From Octopus sinensis (taxonomy: Eukaryota): DNA of 64,000 bases. The stretch's first letter is position 1, and each line of letters starts with the position of its first letter. The notes under the pieces are model-generated. The model was given only the letters and a program-made list of their open reading frames with translations, made no database searches and was not told where the DNA came from. Positions 51,553-64,000 of this stretch are shown here, one piece after another. A program made the position numbers and the translations under genes. Location: NCBI RefSeq assembly GCF_006345805.1, contig NC_043007.1, forward strand, positions 12,586,001 to 12,650,000. The letters run 5' to 3'.

Positions 51553-51997
51553 AAGAAGTTTGCTTGCAAACCACATGGTCCTTGGTTCAGGTTTCTGGAT
51601 TGCACCTTGACCAAAGTGTCTTCTATTATAGCCCCAAACTGACCAAAACTTTGTGAGTAGATTTGGTTAACAGAAATTCAAAGAAGCCTGTCGTGTGTGT
51701 GTGTGTGTTTGTTCCTCACCACCTTTTAACATCCAGTGTTGGTTTATTTACATCTCTGTGGTTTAATTGTTCATCAAAAGAGGTCAATAGAATAAGTACC
51801 TGGGGTTGATTTGTCCAACCAAAAATTCTTCAAGACGGTGCCCCAGCATGGCCACAGTCTAGTGACTGCAACAAATAAAAGATGAATGTAAACGAAAGAG
51901 AGACTGTGAGACGTTTGTTTATTTTGTCCAGAAGAGATGTGAATGTTGGAGATTTATGGTACAGAAATAATTTGTAGGTAAGTTCAAGTAGAGAACT

Positions 51998-52440
51998 TAT
52001 TTCTTTATAGTTATACTCTTTATATTTCTTTACTACCCACAAGGGGCTAAACACAGAGGGGGCAAACAAGAACAGACAAATGGATTAAGTCGATTATATC
52101 AACGCCAGTGAGTAACTGGTACTTATTTAATCGACTCCAAAAGGATGAAAGGCAAAGTCGACCTCGGCGGAATTTGAGCTCTGAACGTAGTGGCAGACGA
52201 AATACCTATTTCTTTATTACCCACAAAGGGCTAAACACAGAGGGGACAAACAAGGACAGACATAGGTATTAAGTCGATTACATCGACCCCAGTGCGTAAC
52301 TGGTACTTAATTTATCGACCCCGAAAGGATGAAAGGCAAAGTCGACCTCAGCGGAATTTGAACTCAGAACGTAGTGGCAGACGAAATACCACTTAGCATT
52401 TCGCCCGGCGTGCTAACGTTTCTGCCAGCTCGCCGCCTTG
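51998..52440 (-). mobile_element. SINE B dimer with 13-bp or longer TSD
   Basis: Junction GAAATACC|TATTTC at 52206/52207; TSD CAAGTAGAGAACT at 51985-51997 and 52443-52455. Confidence 0.85.
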
Positions 52441-53069
52441 TCCAAGTAGAGAACTGACTGGATTTTGTTTCGTGAATCTGATGTCATAGAGTTCAGATGA
52501 GCTAAGCAAATAAACTAGCTAGAAGACTATCAAATATTCTTTCGTAAAAAAGAGTATAACTTGAAACAGGAATAGTTGCAATGAATTGGGATAATAAAAA
52601 GCAGTAGTAATGATAATAATAATACTAAAGTTCTTGATGTTAACTAAGATAAAAACCAACAGTAAAAATATATAAAAAAGAAATCAGTAAAGATCTAGAA
52701 AAGAACTAGATAAAAAAAAACTGATTCAAACAAGCATTGTGTAAGTGTGTACCTGTACAAATTTATGTACTTTGTGTACAATGAAACGCCTCACGACAGG
52801 TTTGCATTTGTTTGTTTGTTTTGTATACTTTATCATCCTCAGCTTGCTTGCTGGCTAGACATTATAAATTTACTTTTAACTAAAAACAAAGAATGTTGGG
52901 GTTTTTGTTATTATTATTATTATTTTTTTTTTTTTTTGTAAGTTTTTCTCTTCCTGTCTTTCTTTGAAAACATTGGTTCTGAAGACAGAAAGCCAAAGAA
53001 CTTCAGTTTTCTTTGTGTGACTTTTGAAAAGCATGTTTTGATAACATGTAGGGAAGAAGCATAAACCAC

Positions 53070-53370
53070 ACATGCAAGCATGGCTGTGGGGTTATAAAGC
53101 TTGCTTTGTAACCATGTAGTTTTGAGTTCAGTCCCACTGTACAGCACTTTGGATGAGTATCTTCTACTATAGCTCTGGATTGTCCAGCGCCTTGTGAGTG
53201 AATTTGATAGATGGAAACTGCATAGAAGCCCATTGTTGTTGGTTTTCTTTTTTGTATTTTTTTTTTGTCCACTGCCACCACTTGACAGCAAGTGTTGATT
53301 TGACTAAACCCATCAAGGTGGTGCCCCAGCTTGGTCACAGTTCAACAACTGAAACTAGTAAATGAAATAA
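53070..53370 (+). mobile_element. Older SINE family A copy
   Basis: Diverged; terminal stem CAGTT-CAAC-AACTG. Confidence 0.7.
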
Positions 53371-54769
53371 AAAGATACACATATCACGAGTCTTTGTTCA
53401 GTTGAGAATACTATTTTGTAAATTATTTTTAAGAGGCTCAGCCAGTTTGGAACAACATTATATACTCTCTTTAACACTTTGGTAAGGCCTTCAATGGAGT
53501 ATTGCTCTTTAATTTGTCAGGCACAAATACGTAAATCTGGACAGTATATTTTGATACCCTTCGACATAAAAAAGGAAAAATGGCTTGTGTCTCTCAATCT
53601 TAGATCATAACAGTGAAGGCTTAATTTTGAGATGAACAGATGTTTTCAGGTCTGCTATTTATTTCTGACATCGATATGACCTAAAGCATGTAAAATTAAA
53701 TGGGAAGAGATAAAGATTTAAATTCAAGAACTACTAGTTTGGCAGTGTAAAACCTTATCTACTTCGGCCAGTCTAATTCTAACATTATGCATTAGGAGAG
53801 AGATGATGTTATCTTCAAATAGAAGACCTGGACTAAATGCAACAGAGTGAACTCTGCTAAAGGCACTCCAGTGTTCCAGATGGTGGTGTTAGGCCAGTTG
53901 TTGGATTAAGTCCTACTTTTGAAATAAGGCTGTCACAGCATTGGAACCTGGATTAGGAAGAACCACAACAGATACAGCAAAGTAATCTGATGTGGCATTC
54001 CTGCAAATCTGCCATGTGAGTGAGTGTGTGTCTGTCTGTCTGTGTATACATGCACACACACAAAAATGAGCACACAGGTGCAAAACAAGATGGGGAAAAA
54101 GTACTCAAATACTAAAAGTAGAGCAAAATACTATTTTATTGAAACCAAAAAATTCTTCACAAATTTTTACTTGGAATTTCTCTATAACTGTTCATCAGAC
54201 AGTTGTAATAATTCAGAATTATCAATAAAGCAGTGTGTGTGTGTACCTCTTTGTTTTCACTACTCACAACAGTTGGAAAAAGCATTACTTGCATAAAGTG
54301 GTGTCCTTCATTTCTATCTTCTTCAGCCATGGGGGAATTGTTACCTTGCTTGGAAATAGGTGAGGGTTGGTGACACACCAGGCCTCCACTTGTAGCAAAT
54401 GTGCCTCAACAAATTCTGTGTGACCCATGCAAGCATAGAAAAGTAGAACACTAAAATGCTGATTATATATAAGATTTGGCAGGCTTCCACACAGTTTCTG
54501 TTTGCCAAATACAGTCACAAAGCATTGATCAGCCAGGGTCTACAGTTAAAGCGCATCACCCAAGATGCTGTCCAGTGGTACTGACTCTGAAACCCTGTGG
54601 TTGTCAAGTGAATTTCTTGACCAAAAATAAAATCACTGTTTTAGCTAAAATGGATGGCAGCTATCATTTTCGCAATGAAAATTATATTCTATCCTTCAAA
54701 TAATGACCAGATGGAAAAAATTTGACTTGTTTACAGTATTTCTAGAGTTATATATATAATATATATGGC

Positions 54770-54965
54770 AGTCGCCATGATAGATCGTTAGCCACTACAC
54801 ACATTTTTCTCTCTCCTTGTTTCTGTTGTTTCTGTGTCCCTTCCTGTAGAAGAGCGTAGGCTCGAAACATAAAAGACTTTTTCTATTCCTGAGCGTTATA
54901 CTAATACATCTGTTTTGTACACCACCTGTTTTCGTCTTTTGTTTTTTTCGTAAACTCTCCCTATA
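54770..54965 (+). mobile_element. Dispersed repeat with degenerate hammerhead-like motif (possible Penelope-like end)
   Basis: CTGTAGA-A-GAGC-GTAG-GCTC-GAAAC-ATA-AAAGAC at 54844-54877; partial second copy at 25505-25600. Confidence 0.45.
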
Positions 54966-55964
54966 TATATATATATATCACCACCATCATCATCATCATC
55001 ATCATTTAGTGTCCTCTGTAAAGTGGTTGGTGTTAGGAAAGCCATGTAAAAACCATGCCAAAAGAGACAGTGGTTCTTAGTGCCACCCTCTCGCTCACCG
55101 GCTTCAGTCAAACTGTCCAACCCATGCCAACATGGAAAATGGATGTGAAATGATATTTATTTTTTATATAATAAAGAATAAAATCCTGTTTTTGGAGTTT
55201 CTAAGGTTGTTTTTAAGCATCATTTGGCATCTATTTTCAGCATGTGGAGAGGCTTGTTTTCCGATCCCTTGTTATAAATTATGTATATAATCATTAATAT
55301 ACATACACACACTTATATAACAATTTGTGTTCCAGACTGGAAAATAGTAAAACTAATTGTTTATTCCATCTGTGCCTCTCAAGTTGCCTTGAGATGTAAA
55401 GTACACATTTTCATTCTCTGTCTGTGTCATCTGTTGTTCATTGTGTTGTCTAAACACAATACTTGAATTCACTATCTTTTTGCTACACTATTGTTATTTC
55501 ACACTTGCTATAATAATCTGCTCTTTTTTTTCTTCTTCTTCATTTCTAAAATATCTCCTCTTAAAAAGTTTCTGTAACCTCCATTAAACCTGGGCACACC
55601 CAAAATCCAACTAATTGAATATTAATGACTTGAAGGTTATAAATTAAAGTGCAATGGTTCATGACATTGTATCTTTTGCTCTCTGAACATATTTTCACTC
55701 GGCTTAACGGAGTCTTCTAATTTGTCGCTTCGTTTACGATTCACTTGTTGAATTGAAATCTTTATTTTAAAATATTCCGCACACGGCAGTTTTTTCTTTG
55801 ATAATAACTTGTATTTCATTAACTGCCAATATTAGTCTAGTATTTATTTAAGACTGCTAAACAAAAGTTCTATTATAAATGGGGTCCTGTAACCCTCCCC
55901 CCCCCCCCCACCACCACCAAACACACACACTTTTATCTTGACACCATTTCATTTTCCAACTTTT

Positions 55965-56327
55965 TTTTTTTGTTTGTCATTTGACTGTGGCCATGCTGGA
56001 GACCGCCTTTAGTTGAACAAATCGACCTCAAGACTTATTCTTTGTAAGCCTAGTACTTATTCTATCTGTCCCTTTTGCCAAACTGCTAAGTTACGGGGAC
56101 GTAAACACACCAGCATTGGTTGTCAAGCGATGGTGGGGGAACAAACACACACACACATATAAATGATGGGCTTCTTTCAGTTTCCATCTACCAAATCCAC
56201 TCACAAGGCTTTGGTTGGCCTGAGGCTATAATAGAAGACACTTGCCCAAGCTTCCACGCAGTGAGACTGAACCCGGAGCCATGTGGTTCGTAAGCAAGCT
56301 ACTTAACACACAACCACTCCTACGCCT
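55965..56327 (-). mobile_element. SINE family A
   Basis: Similarity to 3992-4390. Confidence 0.85.
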
Positions 56328-56329
56328 AT

Positions 56330-56515
56330 AGTACCTGTAATTCAGAAGAGCCAGCCTTGTCACACTCTGTGTCAGGCTGAACCTCCCTAAGAACTACATT
56401 AAGGGTACATGTGTTTGTGGAGTGCTCAGTTATTTGAACGTTAATTTCACGAGCAAGCTGTTCCATTGATCGGATCAACTGGAACCCTTGTTGTCGTAAG
56501 TGACGGAGTGCCAGT
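56330..56515 (+). mobile_element. SINE G tail-type-1 fragment
   Basis: Matches the reverse complement of about 3250-3430. Confidence 0.7.
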
Positions 56516-58278
56516 TTGTCATAAACAAGATTTGAGAAGGCATTATACAGTCAACTTCACTGTTAACTGTATTCATCAGTGAATCTAAAATAATAAAGTT
56601 GTATTTAAGAGATTTGGTGAGTATAGTTTGGCTGTGGAGTCCATTCCATGAAATCTCACTCAACAAATTTTGAACATAGCATATATGAAAACTTGGTCCT
56701 GGCTTTAAACCTTGAAAAAGTTACCCTGGCTTATTTGCCAGTCTTGCATGAATTGCTTTTGAGAATTTTTTAGGATGTACTGTTATTATTTATTGAAATA
56801 TTGACACTTACCTCTGTTTAAAATTAAGAAATTAAGCAGGTATATTCAACCTTAATTTTGTTTTCAAATTTAGGTACAAGGTCAGCAATTTACAGGGTGG
56901 GGGTAAGTCAATTACATTGAGCCCAGTGCTCAACTGGCATTTATTTTATTGACCCCCAGGACGAAAGACAGTCACTCTCAGTGGGATTAGAACTCAGAAC
57001 ATGAGGGCAGATGAAATCCTGCTAAGCATTTTGCCTGGTATGCTTACAATTCTGTCAGCTCACCGCCTTCAACAATAACCTTAATATTTCCTCAATGCAG
57101 CCTTAGTTTGTTCCACTTTTGGGCTTTGCATGCAAAGTTCATCACATCAGGTCATCAACATCCTCAGGGTTTCCCTATGATTTCAAAGATAAACACATCC
57201 GCTTCACGGTAAATTCATGATTTGTACAAACTCTATTGAAGTTTGTTCATGTTTCTTAACCTGAAACTTATTGAGATTGATCTATTATTAACTATAAAAG
57301 TGCTCTTGGCTTATATGATAGTAACATTCATACTGGATTGTAGACACATATATGTATATATACACAGTGGGCTTCTTTCAGTTTCTCTCTACTAAATCCA
57401 CTCACAAGGCTTTGGTCAAACCAAGGCTATAGTAGAAGACACTTGCCCAAGATACCATACAGTGGGACTGAACCTGGAGCCATGTGGTTGAGTAGCAAGC
57501 TTCTTACCACACAGCCCACTTGCTCTTAGTTCGTCCTGCTTGGTCTGTAGAAAAGGTGTAGGTAGAAACTCCATAAGATGTACCCAGTGTAATCTATGGA
57601 CACATAAGAGGTGCAGCAACCATAAAAGGAAAATTAACTGGGAAGATTTTATGTGTGGCCTATATTAAAGGCGCATATTGTTAAAATATGCAAGCTGATA
57701 AAAATTTTTTTTTTTTTTTTTTGCTTTTTTAGATTATCTGAATTTAACCCTTTCCTTTATGATGATACCATAATATCTTAATGTAAAGAAAAGCAGCACT
57801 TCACCAAATGGACTTTAATCACTCCTTGTATTTTCACCAGCTTATCAGTGTGGTTCATTATTACTATGTTTGTTGTATATCCCAGTTGGCAAACAGTAGC
57901 ATTATTAGTCACAGATTTCCAGACCAGTCACTAATTCATTACATTTATCCATTGCAAGAGTGCGACAAAGGAGTGTCTGTCTAACTAATTTGAAGAGTTT
58001 TCTCTCCCCCCACCCACCCAACCTTTGTCAATTTTTTTTGTTTTCCATCCTTTGCCAGTTTGCATCACACTTTGAGTATGACATTTCATTTTCAATTATT
58101 CCAGTCCTCTCTGCTGAAAACGAGAACTGCAGCAGCTGGTGGAGAGTAATTATGATGGACTGCCACCTCATCAGACCCCCCAAAAGACATGTTTGTGTGT
58201 GTATGTGTGTGTGTGTGTGTGTGTGTTGTGTGTGTTTGTGCGTGCTCACACGTGCCAATTTCTTTTGTTTGTCCACTA

Positions 58279-58670
58279 CTCTTTTACTTGTTTCAGTCAT
58301 TTGACTGTGGCCATGCTGGAGCACCCCCTCTGGAGTCAAGCAAATCGACCCCCAGGACGTATTCTTTGTAAGCCCAGTACTTATTCTATCAAGTCTCTTT
58401 TGCCGAACCGCTAAGTTACGGGGGATGTAAACACACCAGCATCGGTTGTCAAGCGATGTTGGGGGAACAAACACAGACACACAAACATATACACACACGT
58501 ACACATATGCATATATATACATATAAACGATGGGCCTCTTTCAGTTTCCGTCTACAAAATCCACTCACAAGGCTTTGGTCGGCCCAAGGCTATAGGTGCC
58601 ACGCAGTGGGACGGAATCCAGAACCATGTGGTTGGTAAGCAAGCTACTTACCACACAGCCACTCTTGTGC
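58279..58670 (-). mobile_element. SINE family A
   Basis: Similarity to 3992-4390. Confidence 0.85.
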
Positions 58671-59289
58671 CTAATATATTATATATATTTATATGCAAGC
58701 ACATGGGTATGCACTGGATTTTATGTTTGTGCTTGAATGCACGCATATATCTACATACGTATCAGGCCTCTAAATAGTTTGAGTTGACAAAACTTACGAA
58801 GCATCGATCAACTTGAGGCTAAGGTAGTGTACAGTCCAAGGTTCCGCAAGAGGATTGAACTTGGAGCCATGTAGTTGGGGAATGAACTTCATAAGCATGC
58901 AGTCATGCCTTCACTCTTCATATACATGTGTGTGTAAAAACAGTACAACATGTGCCTCCATTTAATCTAAGCTCTCATGAAGTGCAGATGTAAAACAATA
59001 ATGATGATATCATTAGTATCGGTCTTTGCTTGCTGGATAAATTCAATCAATTCAGTATTTTTCATGTGGTGTCTTGCTTTTTATAAGCACCAACTCATCC
59101 TTTATCTAGCTGACCTATGATCAAAGGCACTCCTGCCATGACATTTTTCTCTTTTTTCTTTCTTTTTCAGATATAGTATTAGTATGTCTTGTTTTATATG
59201 TGCCATTATACAGGATGTGTATTTATGTATATGCACACACTCTCACACCTGCATTTTGTATGTATGTTTGTGTGTGTGTGTATATATCA

Positions 59290-59462
59290 GCATGTAAAAA
59301 GCACCCACTACACTCTCGGAGTGGTTGGCGTTAGGAAGGGCATCCAGCTGTAGAAACACTGCCAGATCAGATTGGAGCCTGGTGCAGCCTCCTGGTTTGC
59401 CAGCCCTTAGTCAAACTGTCCAGCCCTTGCTAGCATGGAAAGCGGACGTTAAACAATGATGG
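59290..59462 (+). mobile_element. Family C retroelement, short
   Basis: Core plus tail. Confidence 0.85.
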
Positions 59463-60050
59463 TTTAAATATGACTCAAATATTTTACAGCTGGATGCACT
59501 ACACAATTCCATTCTCAATAAATAAAAAAAAATGTGTGTGTGCATATACAGAGAGGGAGAGAGCATGCAAATGTGTGATGAGGAGAGGTGGAGATAACGA
59601 TTAAAGAGGAAATAAACCATACTTGAAATAAAGTAACTCCTCTATATCTGTTGTGTAAATATGTATAAACTTAAGAGTTTAAGTGTGAGGGGATTGAAAA
59701 AGAGAGAGGGAAATAACAAGAGAGGGGTTTATGTGTGTGTGTGTGTGTGTGTGTGTGCATGAAAAGTTGGTTATTGAAGGATGCCAAACCTTGTATTTAT
59801 ATTTATGAAATTTTAGGCATTTGAGGAAAGTCAATTAATGAACTGCTTGTTGACACTGGGCTTCTGCAAAAAGGAAGCAAATAAATAGAAGAAAAAAAAA
59901 AATGAAAAAAGAAAAGAAAACCATCTTTTCTATCTATTGCAGACACTTACTGCCATATTGCCATGTTATTTGACAGAAATGAGGATTGTTCTCTTCCGCA
60001 TTTTATAATGGATATGCTTTTTCCTGGAGCATGTAAATGTTTCCTTGTTA

Positions 60051-60088
<38 letters not shown>

Positions 60089-60089
<1 letters not shown>

Positions 60090-60525
60090 GTTGGTGAGCT
60101 GGCAGAATCGCTAGCATGCTGGATGAAATGCTTAGCAGTATTTCGCCCATCACTATATTTTGAGTTCAAATTCCACCACGGTCGACTTGGCCTTTCATCC
60201 TTTCGGGGGTCGATAAAATAAGAACCAGTTGAACGTTGGGGTCGATGTAATTGACTCATCCCCCCTCCCCCAAAATTGCTGCTCTTGTGGCAAAATTTGA
60301 AATCATTATTATTATTGCAAGCTGGCTGTGTCATTAGCATACTGGACAAAATGCTTAGTGGTATTTTGCCTGTTGCTATGTTCTGAGTTCAAATTCTGCC
60401 AAGGTCGGCTTTCTCTTTCATCCTTTTTGGGTCGATAAATTAAGTACCAGTCAAGTACTGGGGTTAATGTAATCAACTACCCCTCTCCCCACAAATTCCA
60501 GGCCTTGTGCCTATAAAAGAAAGGA

Positions 60526-60566
<41 letters not shown>

Positions 60567-60800
60567 TCATCACTGCATCTTAATAATATTTGCTGTTATC
60601 AAGCCAGAGCAAGCAGAATCATTAGAGCAGTGCATAAAATACTTTGTAATATTTGTCACAACTCATCGCATTCTGAGTTCAAATCCCACTAAGATCATCT
60701 TAGCATTTCATTCTTTTGAGATCAGTAAAGTACTACCAGTCAAGTGACAGGCCAATGGTATCAACTAATTCCTTCCAATCAAAATTGTTTGCCTTATGGC
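60089..60800 (+). mobile_element. Train of three SINE B ((TTA)n-tail variant) copies of increasing decay
   Basis: Heads near 60089, 60318 and 60605, each preceded by a (TTA)n tract. Confidence 0.7.
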
Positions 60801-60939
60801 CTAAATCAGAAACAGTTAAATAATTATCATGTTTTAAATCTGGATTGCAATGATAGGTAGTAATGGAATATATAGGTTTAACTGGCGTGAGTGAAGTAGA
60901 TAAAAGCAAACCTTCAGTTTGGACTATTATTTTTTTATT

Positions 60940-61282
60940 CTTTTACTTGTTTTTGTTACTTGACTGTGGCCATGCTAGAGCACCACCTTTAGTCAAAGAC
61001 ATCGACCCCAGGACTTATTCTTGTAAGCCTAGTACTTATTCGAGCTGTCTCTTTTGCCAAACCGCTAAGTTACAGGGACATAAACACACCAACATCGGTT
61101 ATCAAATGATGTATGGGGGGGGGGGACACACACACATGACAGGCTTCTTTCTGTTTCTGTCTACCAAATCCACTCACAAGGCTTTAGTAGAGGACACTTG
61201 CCCAAGGTGCCATGCAGTGGGACTGAACCTGGAACCATGTAGTTGGTAAGCAAGCTACTTACCACACAGCCACTCTTGCACC
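60940..61282 (-). mobile_element. SINE family A
   Basis: Similarity to 3992-4390. Confidence 0.8.
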
Positions 61283-62257
61283 TATTGGTTACTTCTTTTT
61301 CAAACTATGATGAAATTCAGCAGCTCCTCAGGTGTCTGAGTACCCTTTGCAAGGGTAACACTGCTACTTCTTAGTGAAGAAGGATCCAGAAAAAGCCGTC
61401 TAAAGAAAGTTTGCTTAATTCTGGAGTTCACCATCAACTCCACAGCTGGTGGTTATCGTCTGTGTCTCTGTCTGTCTGTCTGTCTCTCTTCGTGGGTTTC
61501 CACGGTAGCATCCTAGAAATAACTTTACAAAAATTCAATATAAGTTGAATTTCTTGTCTAAGATGGTGGGATAGGATTTGAGGTGTTGGGGGTTGGGTTT
61601 TATTTCTAGCAGGTAGAACAATGATGTGGAGGCTTCCTCTTCAGGTCATCCTCATTATTTTCGCCTCTTGCTGAATCAAAAGATGCTCTGGTGAGGTCAG
61701 TACTCTTTCACACACACACACACACACACACATTATCAAGAGTATCAGAACCAGTCGTCCAACTCATAAAATTCCTATTTTTATAGAGCTTTGCATTCTT
61801 TTCGTCTTCTATAAATATATCACTCCCTGATTTATGAGTTGTAACAAGCTTTTTGCTATATGATGTTATTAGTTAATGGGATTATACGTGTAGCATAATC
61901 TGCTAATTACCTTAATGAGTTCATGTACTTTATAACTGGCATTAGCAATGATAATATTATTTTAGTAACCCTGAGAATGTCAACATTTTGTGTGAAATAT
62001 TATGAATGTTTATTTTCTTATATAATTTTGTTTTTTTTATTTATTTATTTATCCTGTAAAAGGCTCCATCACACAAGATGAAAGTGTTATTTTTAGTTCA
62101 TTAAAAGCCTCGCTTTTTCAAACGTACTGATTTTATCTTTTGACAAAATTGCTAATTTTCCACACATTGGATGGGTCTTATGAAAAGCAGTATTATGAAA
62201 TGTTGGCCATATTTTCATTTTTTTTATTATTTTTTTTTACTTCCTTTCATCTTTTAG

Positions 62258-62403
62258 TCAGAAGGGAAGGCAGTGCTTATGGCCCTTTGCAGGGCCTCTT
62301 GAGACTCGTAGGAGGGCGGGAGGAAGATATCCACAAACCGGAAACCTGGCCTGTTATGTTTGCAACAGACTGTACTCTCACTGAAAAATTCCCTATGTTC
62401 CAG
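62258..62403 (+). CDS. Candidate internal coding exon of an unidentified host gene
   Basis: Long polypyrimidine tract, AG at 62256-62257 (alternative 62260-62261), donor CAG|GTGATA at 62404; only one frame open to the donor: RREGSAYGPLQGLLRLVGGREEDIHKPETWPVMFATDCTLTEKFPMFQ; GC-richer than flanks. Confidence 0.55.
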
Positions 62404-62802
62404 GTGATAGTATTAAACTGAGTGGGAAGTTGAATCTACTGGCCATGCGGGGACCCATGGTGGGATTTGAACTGAGAACGCAGAGAGCCAGAACAAACAC
62501 TACAAGGGTATCTGGACTGATGTTCTTACACTTCTGCCAATCTGCGGCTTTGGAATAGTATTCTCTTATTGACCACGAAATGATAAAAAGTAAATTTGAC
62601 CCCAGCTGGACTTGACCTCTGAGTATAGAGTCAGAACAAATGCCACAAAGTATTCATCTGATGCTCCAATAACTCCGCCAATTTACCATTGAACTTTCCA
62701 TTAAACCTTGTTTTACAGTAGAATTTGGTTTTGACTATAAGACATGTATTACATCTTATATATATATATTACGTCATATATATGTATTATATCATATATA
62801 TA

Positions 62803-63178
62803 TCATCATCGTTTAACGTCCGTTCTCCATGCTAGCATGGGTTGGACGGTTCGACCGGGGATCTGGGAAGCCAGAAGGCTGCACCAGGCTCCAGTCTTAT
62901 CTGGCAATGTTTCTACAGCTGGATGCCCTTCCTAATGCCAACCACTCCGTGAGTGTAGTGGGTGCTTTTTACGTGCCACCTGCACAGGTGCCAGGCGAGG
63001 CTGGCAATGGCCACGGTCGGATTGGTGTATTTTATGTGCCACCGGCACGGAAGCCAGTGGAGGCGGTGCTGGCATCGGCCACGAGTCGGATAGTGCTTTT
63101 TATGTACCACCAGACCAGGGATCCTGGCTGGTTCAATTCGATTTCAATTTCGCTTTCCCCAACATGTCTTCACAAGCA
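62803..63178 (-). mobile_element. Family C retroelement, long copy including the 5' leader
   Basis: Core, monomers, and leader TGAAGACATGTTGGGGAAAGCGAAA similar to TGTTGAGGCAAGTGAAAATC near 2560. Confidence 0.85.
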
Positions 63179-63288
63179 AATATATATATATGTATACATT
63201 ATGTTATATATTATGTCATATATATATATGTATATATTATGTCATATATATGTATATATTATGTCATTTATATATTATATATATAGGC

Positions 63289-63324
<36 letters not shown>

Positions 63325-63327
63325 ATA

Positions 63328-63670
63328 GTGAAGGCACGTGGCTCAGTGGTTAGAGCGTCGAGCTTACGATCGTGAGGTTGTGAGCTCGAATCCCATCCGG
63401 GCTGCGTGTTGTGTTCTTGAGCAAGACACTTTATTTCACGTTGCTCCAGTTCACTCAGCTGTAGAAATGAGTTGCGACGTCACAGGTGCCAAGCTGTATC
63501 GGCCCTTGCCTTTCCCTTGGACAACATCGGTGACGTGGAGAGGGGAGGCCGGTATGCATGGGCGACTGCTGGTCTTCCATAAAAAAAAACAACCTTGCCC
63601 AGACTTGTGCCTTAGAGGGTAACTCTCTAGGTGCAAACCCATGGTCAGTGTCTGACGGAAGGGGGTCACC
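63328..63670 (+). mobile_element. SINE family G (same head and CORE-like box as 3247-3573, tail type 2)
   Basis: GGCACGTGGCTCAGTGGTTAGAGC, GAGCTCGAATCCC, TGTGTTCTTGAGCAAGACACTT, GCTCCAGTTCACTCAGCTG, then an unrelated 3' half. Confidence 0.8.
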
Positions 63671-63822
63671 ACCATATATAGGCAAATAAGAAAACGGAGA
63701 GGATATAAAATCAACAGACATCAGCCAGTAAACATTCCAGTATGACTATTTATTCAAATGTATGAGAGGTACAGATTCTCGAGGAGAAAAAGCTGGTAAC
63801 TGCATAAACAAGGGTGTGAATA

Positions 63823-64000
63823 TATATACGCATTTAGAAACAAATGAACAAATTGTCAAGAAACTGAATGGGTGTGCAGGTGCTAGTTCCTTACAGCTGT
63901 TTCATTGCCTCTTGGCAGAAACAGCTGTAAGGAACTAGCACCGGCACACCCATTCAGTTTCTTGACAATTTGTTCATTTGTTTCTCTATATGCGTATATG
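63823..64000. repeat. Fold-back inverted duplication centred on a half hammerhead motif
   Basis: Arms 63836-63903 and 63918-63985 (68 bp, one mismatch); centre AT-TGCC-TCTT-GGCA; right arm begins GAAACAGCTGTAAG; may continue past the window end. Confidence 0.9.

Noticed and set aside
54327-54359. 33-nt exon candidate with strong splice sites
   Set aside because: The donor lies in what looks like an old family C-related repeat remnant; no other support
63331-63405. Functional tRNA genes at SINE heads (also 3500-3573, 45090-45162, SINE A and B heads)
   Set aside because: A and B boxes are present but the acceptor stem does not close and each continues into a SINE body

Overview
AT-rich, repeat-dense animal genomic DNA. 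The repeat content (tRNA-derived SINEs, long (TA)n tracts) resembles what I recall from Octopus; this is inference, not a search result. No complete protein-coding gene is visible. CpG-retaining promoter-like patches at about 4.7-8.6 kb and a CpG-poor remainder suggest mostly intron of a large plus-strand gene. One good internal exon candidate lies at 62258/62262-62403, plus a few weak ones. Most ORF-track entries are repeat artefacts. Recognisable content: at least five SINE-like families (my labels A, B, C, G, I); a LINE 3' end sharing its terminal stem-loop with SINE A; an internally deleted piggyBac with transposase remnant plus four MITEs carrying its TIRs; a second TTAA MITE family; three non-autonomous Helitrons; decayed RT fragments; and several fold-back palindromes. 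Most notable: a minimal type I hammerhead ribozyme motif at 36423-36468, whose 3' half recurs at the centre of a fold-back at the window end; variable arrays of double-hairpin monomers in family C; SINE B multimers with a fixed junction bounded by single TSDs; and a MITE flanked by 128-bp direct repeats. Coordinates were counted by hand; ends of decayed repeats are approximate.
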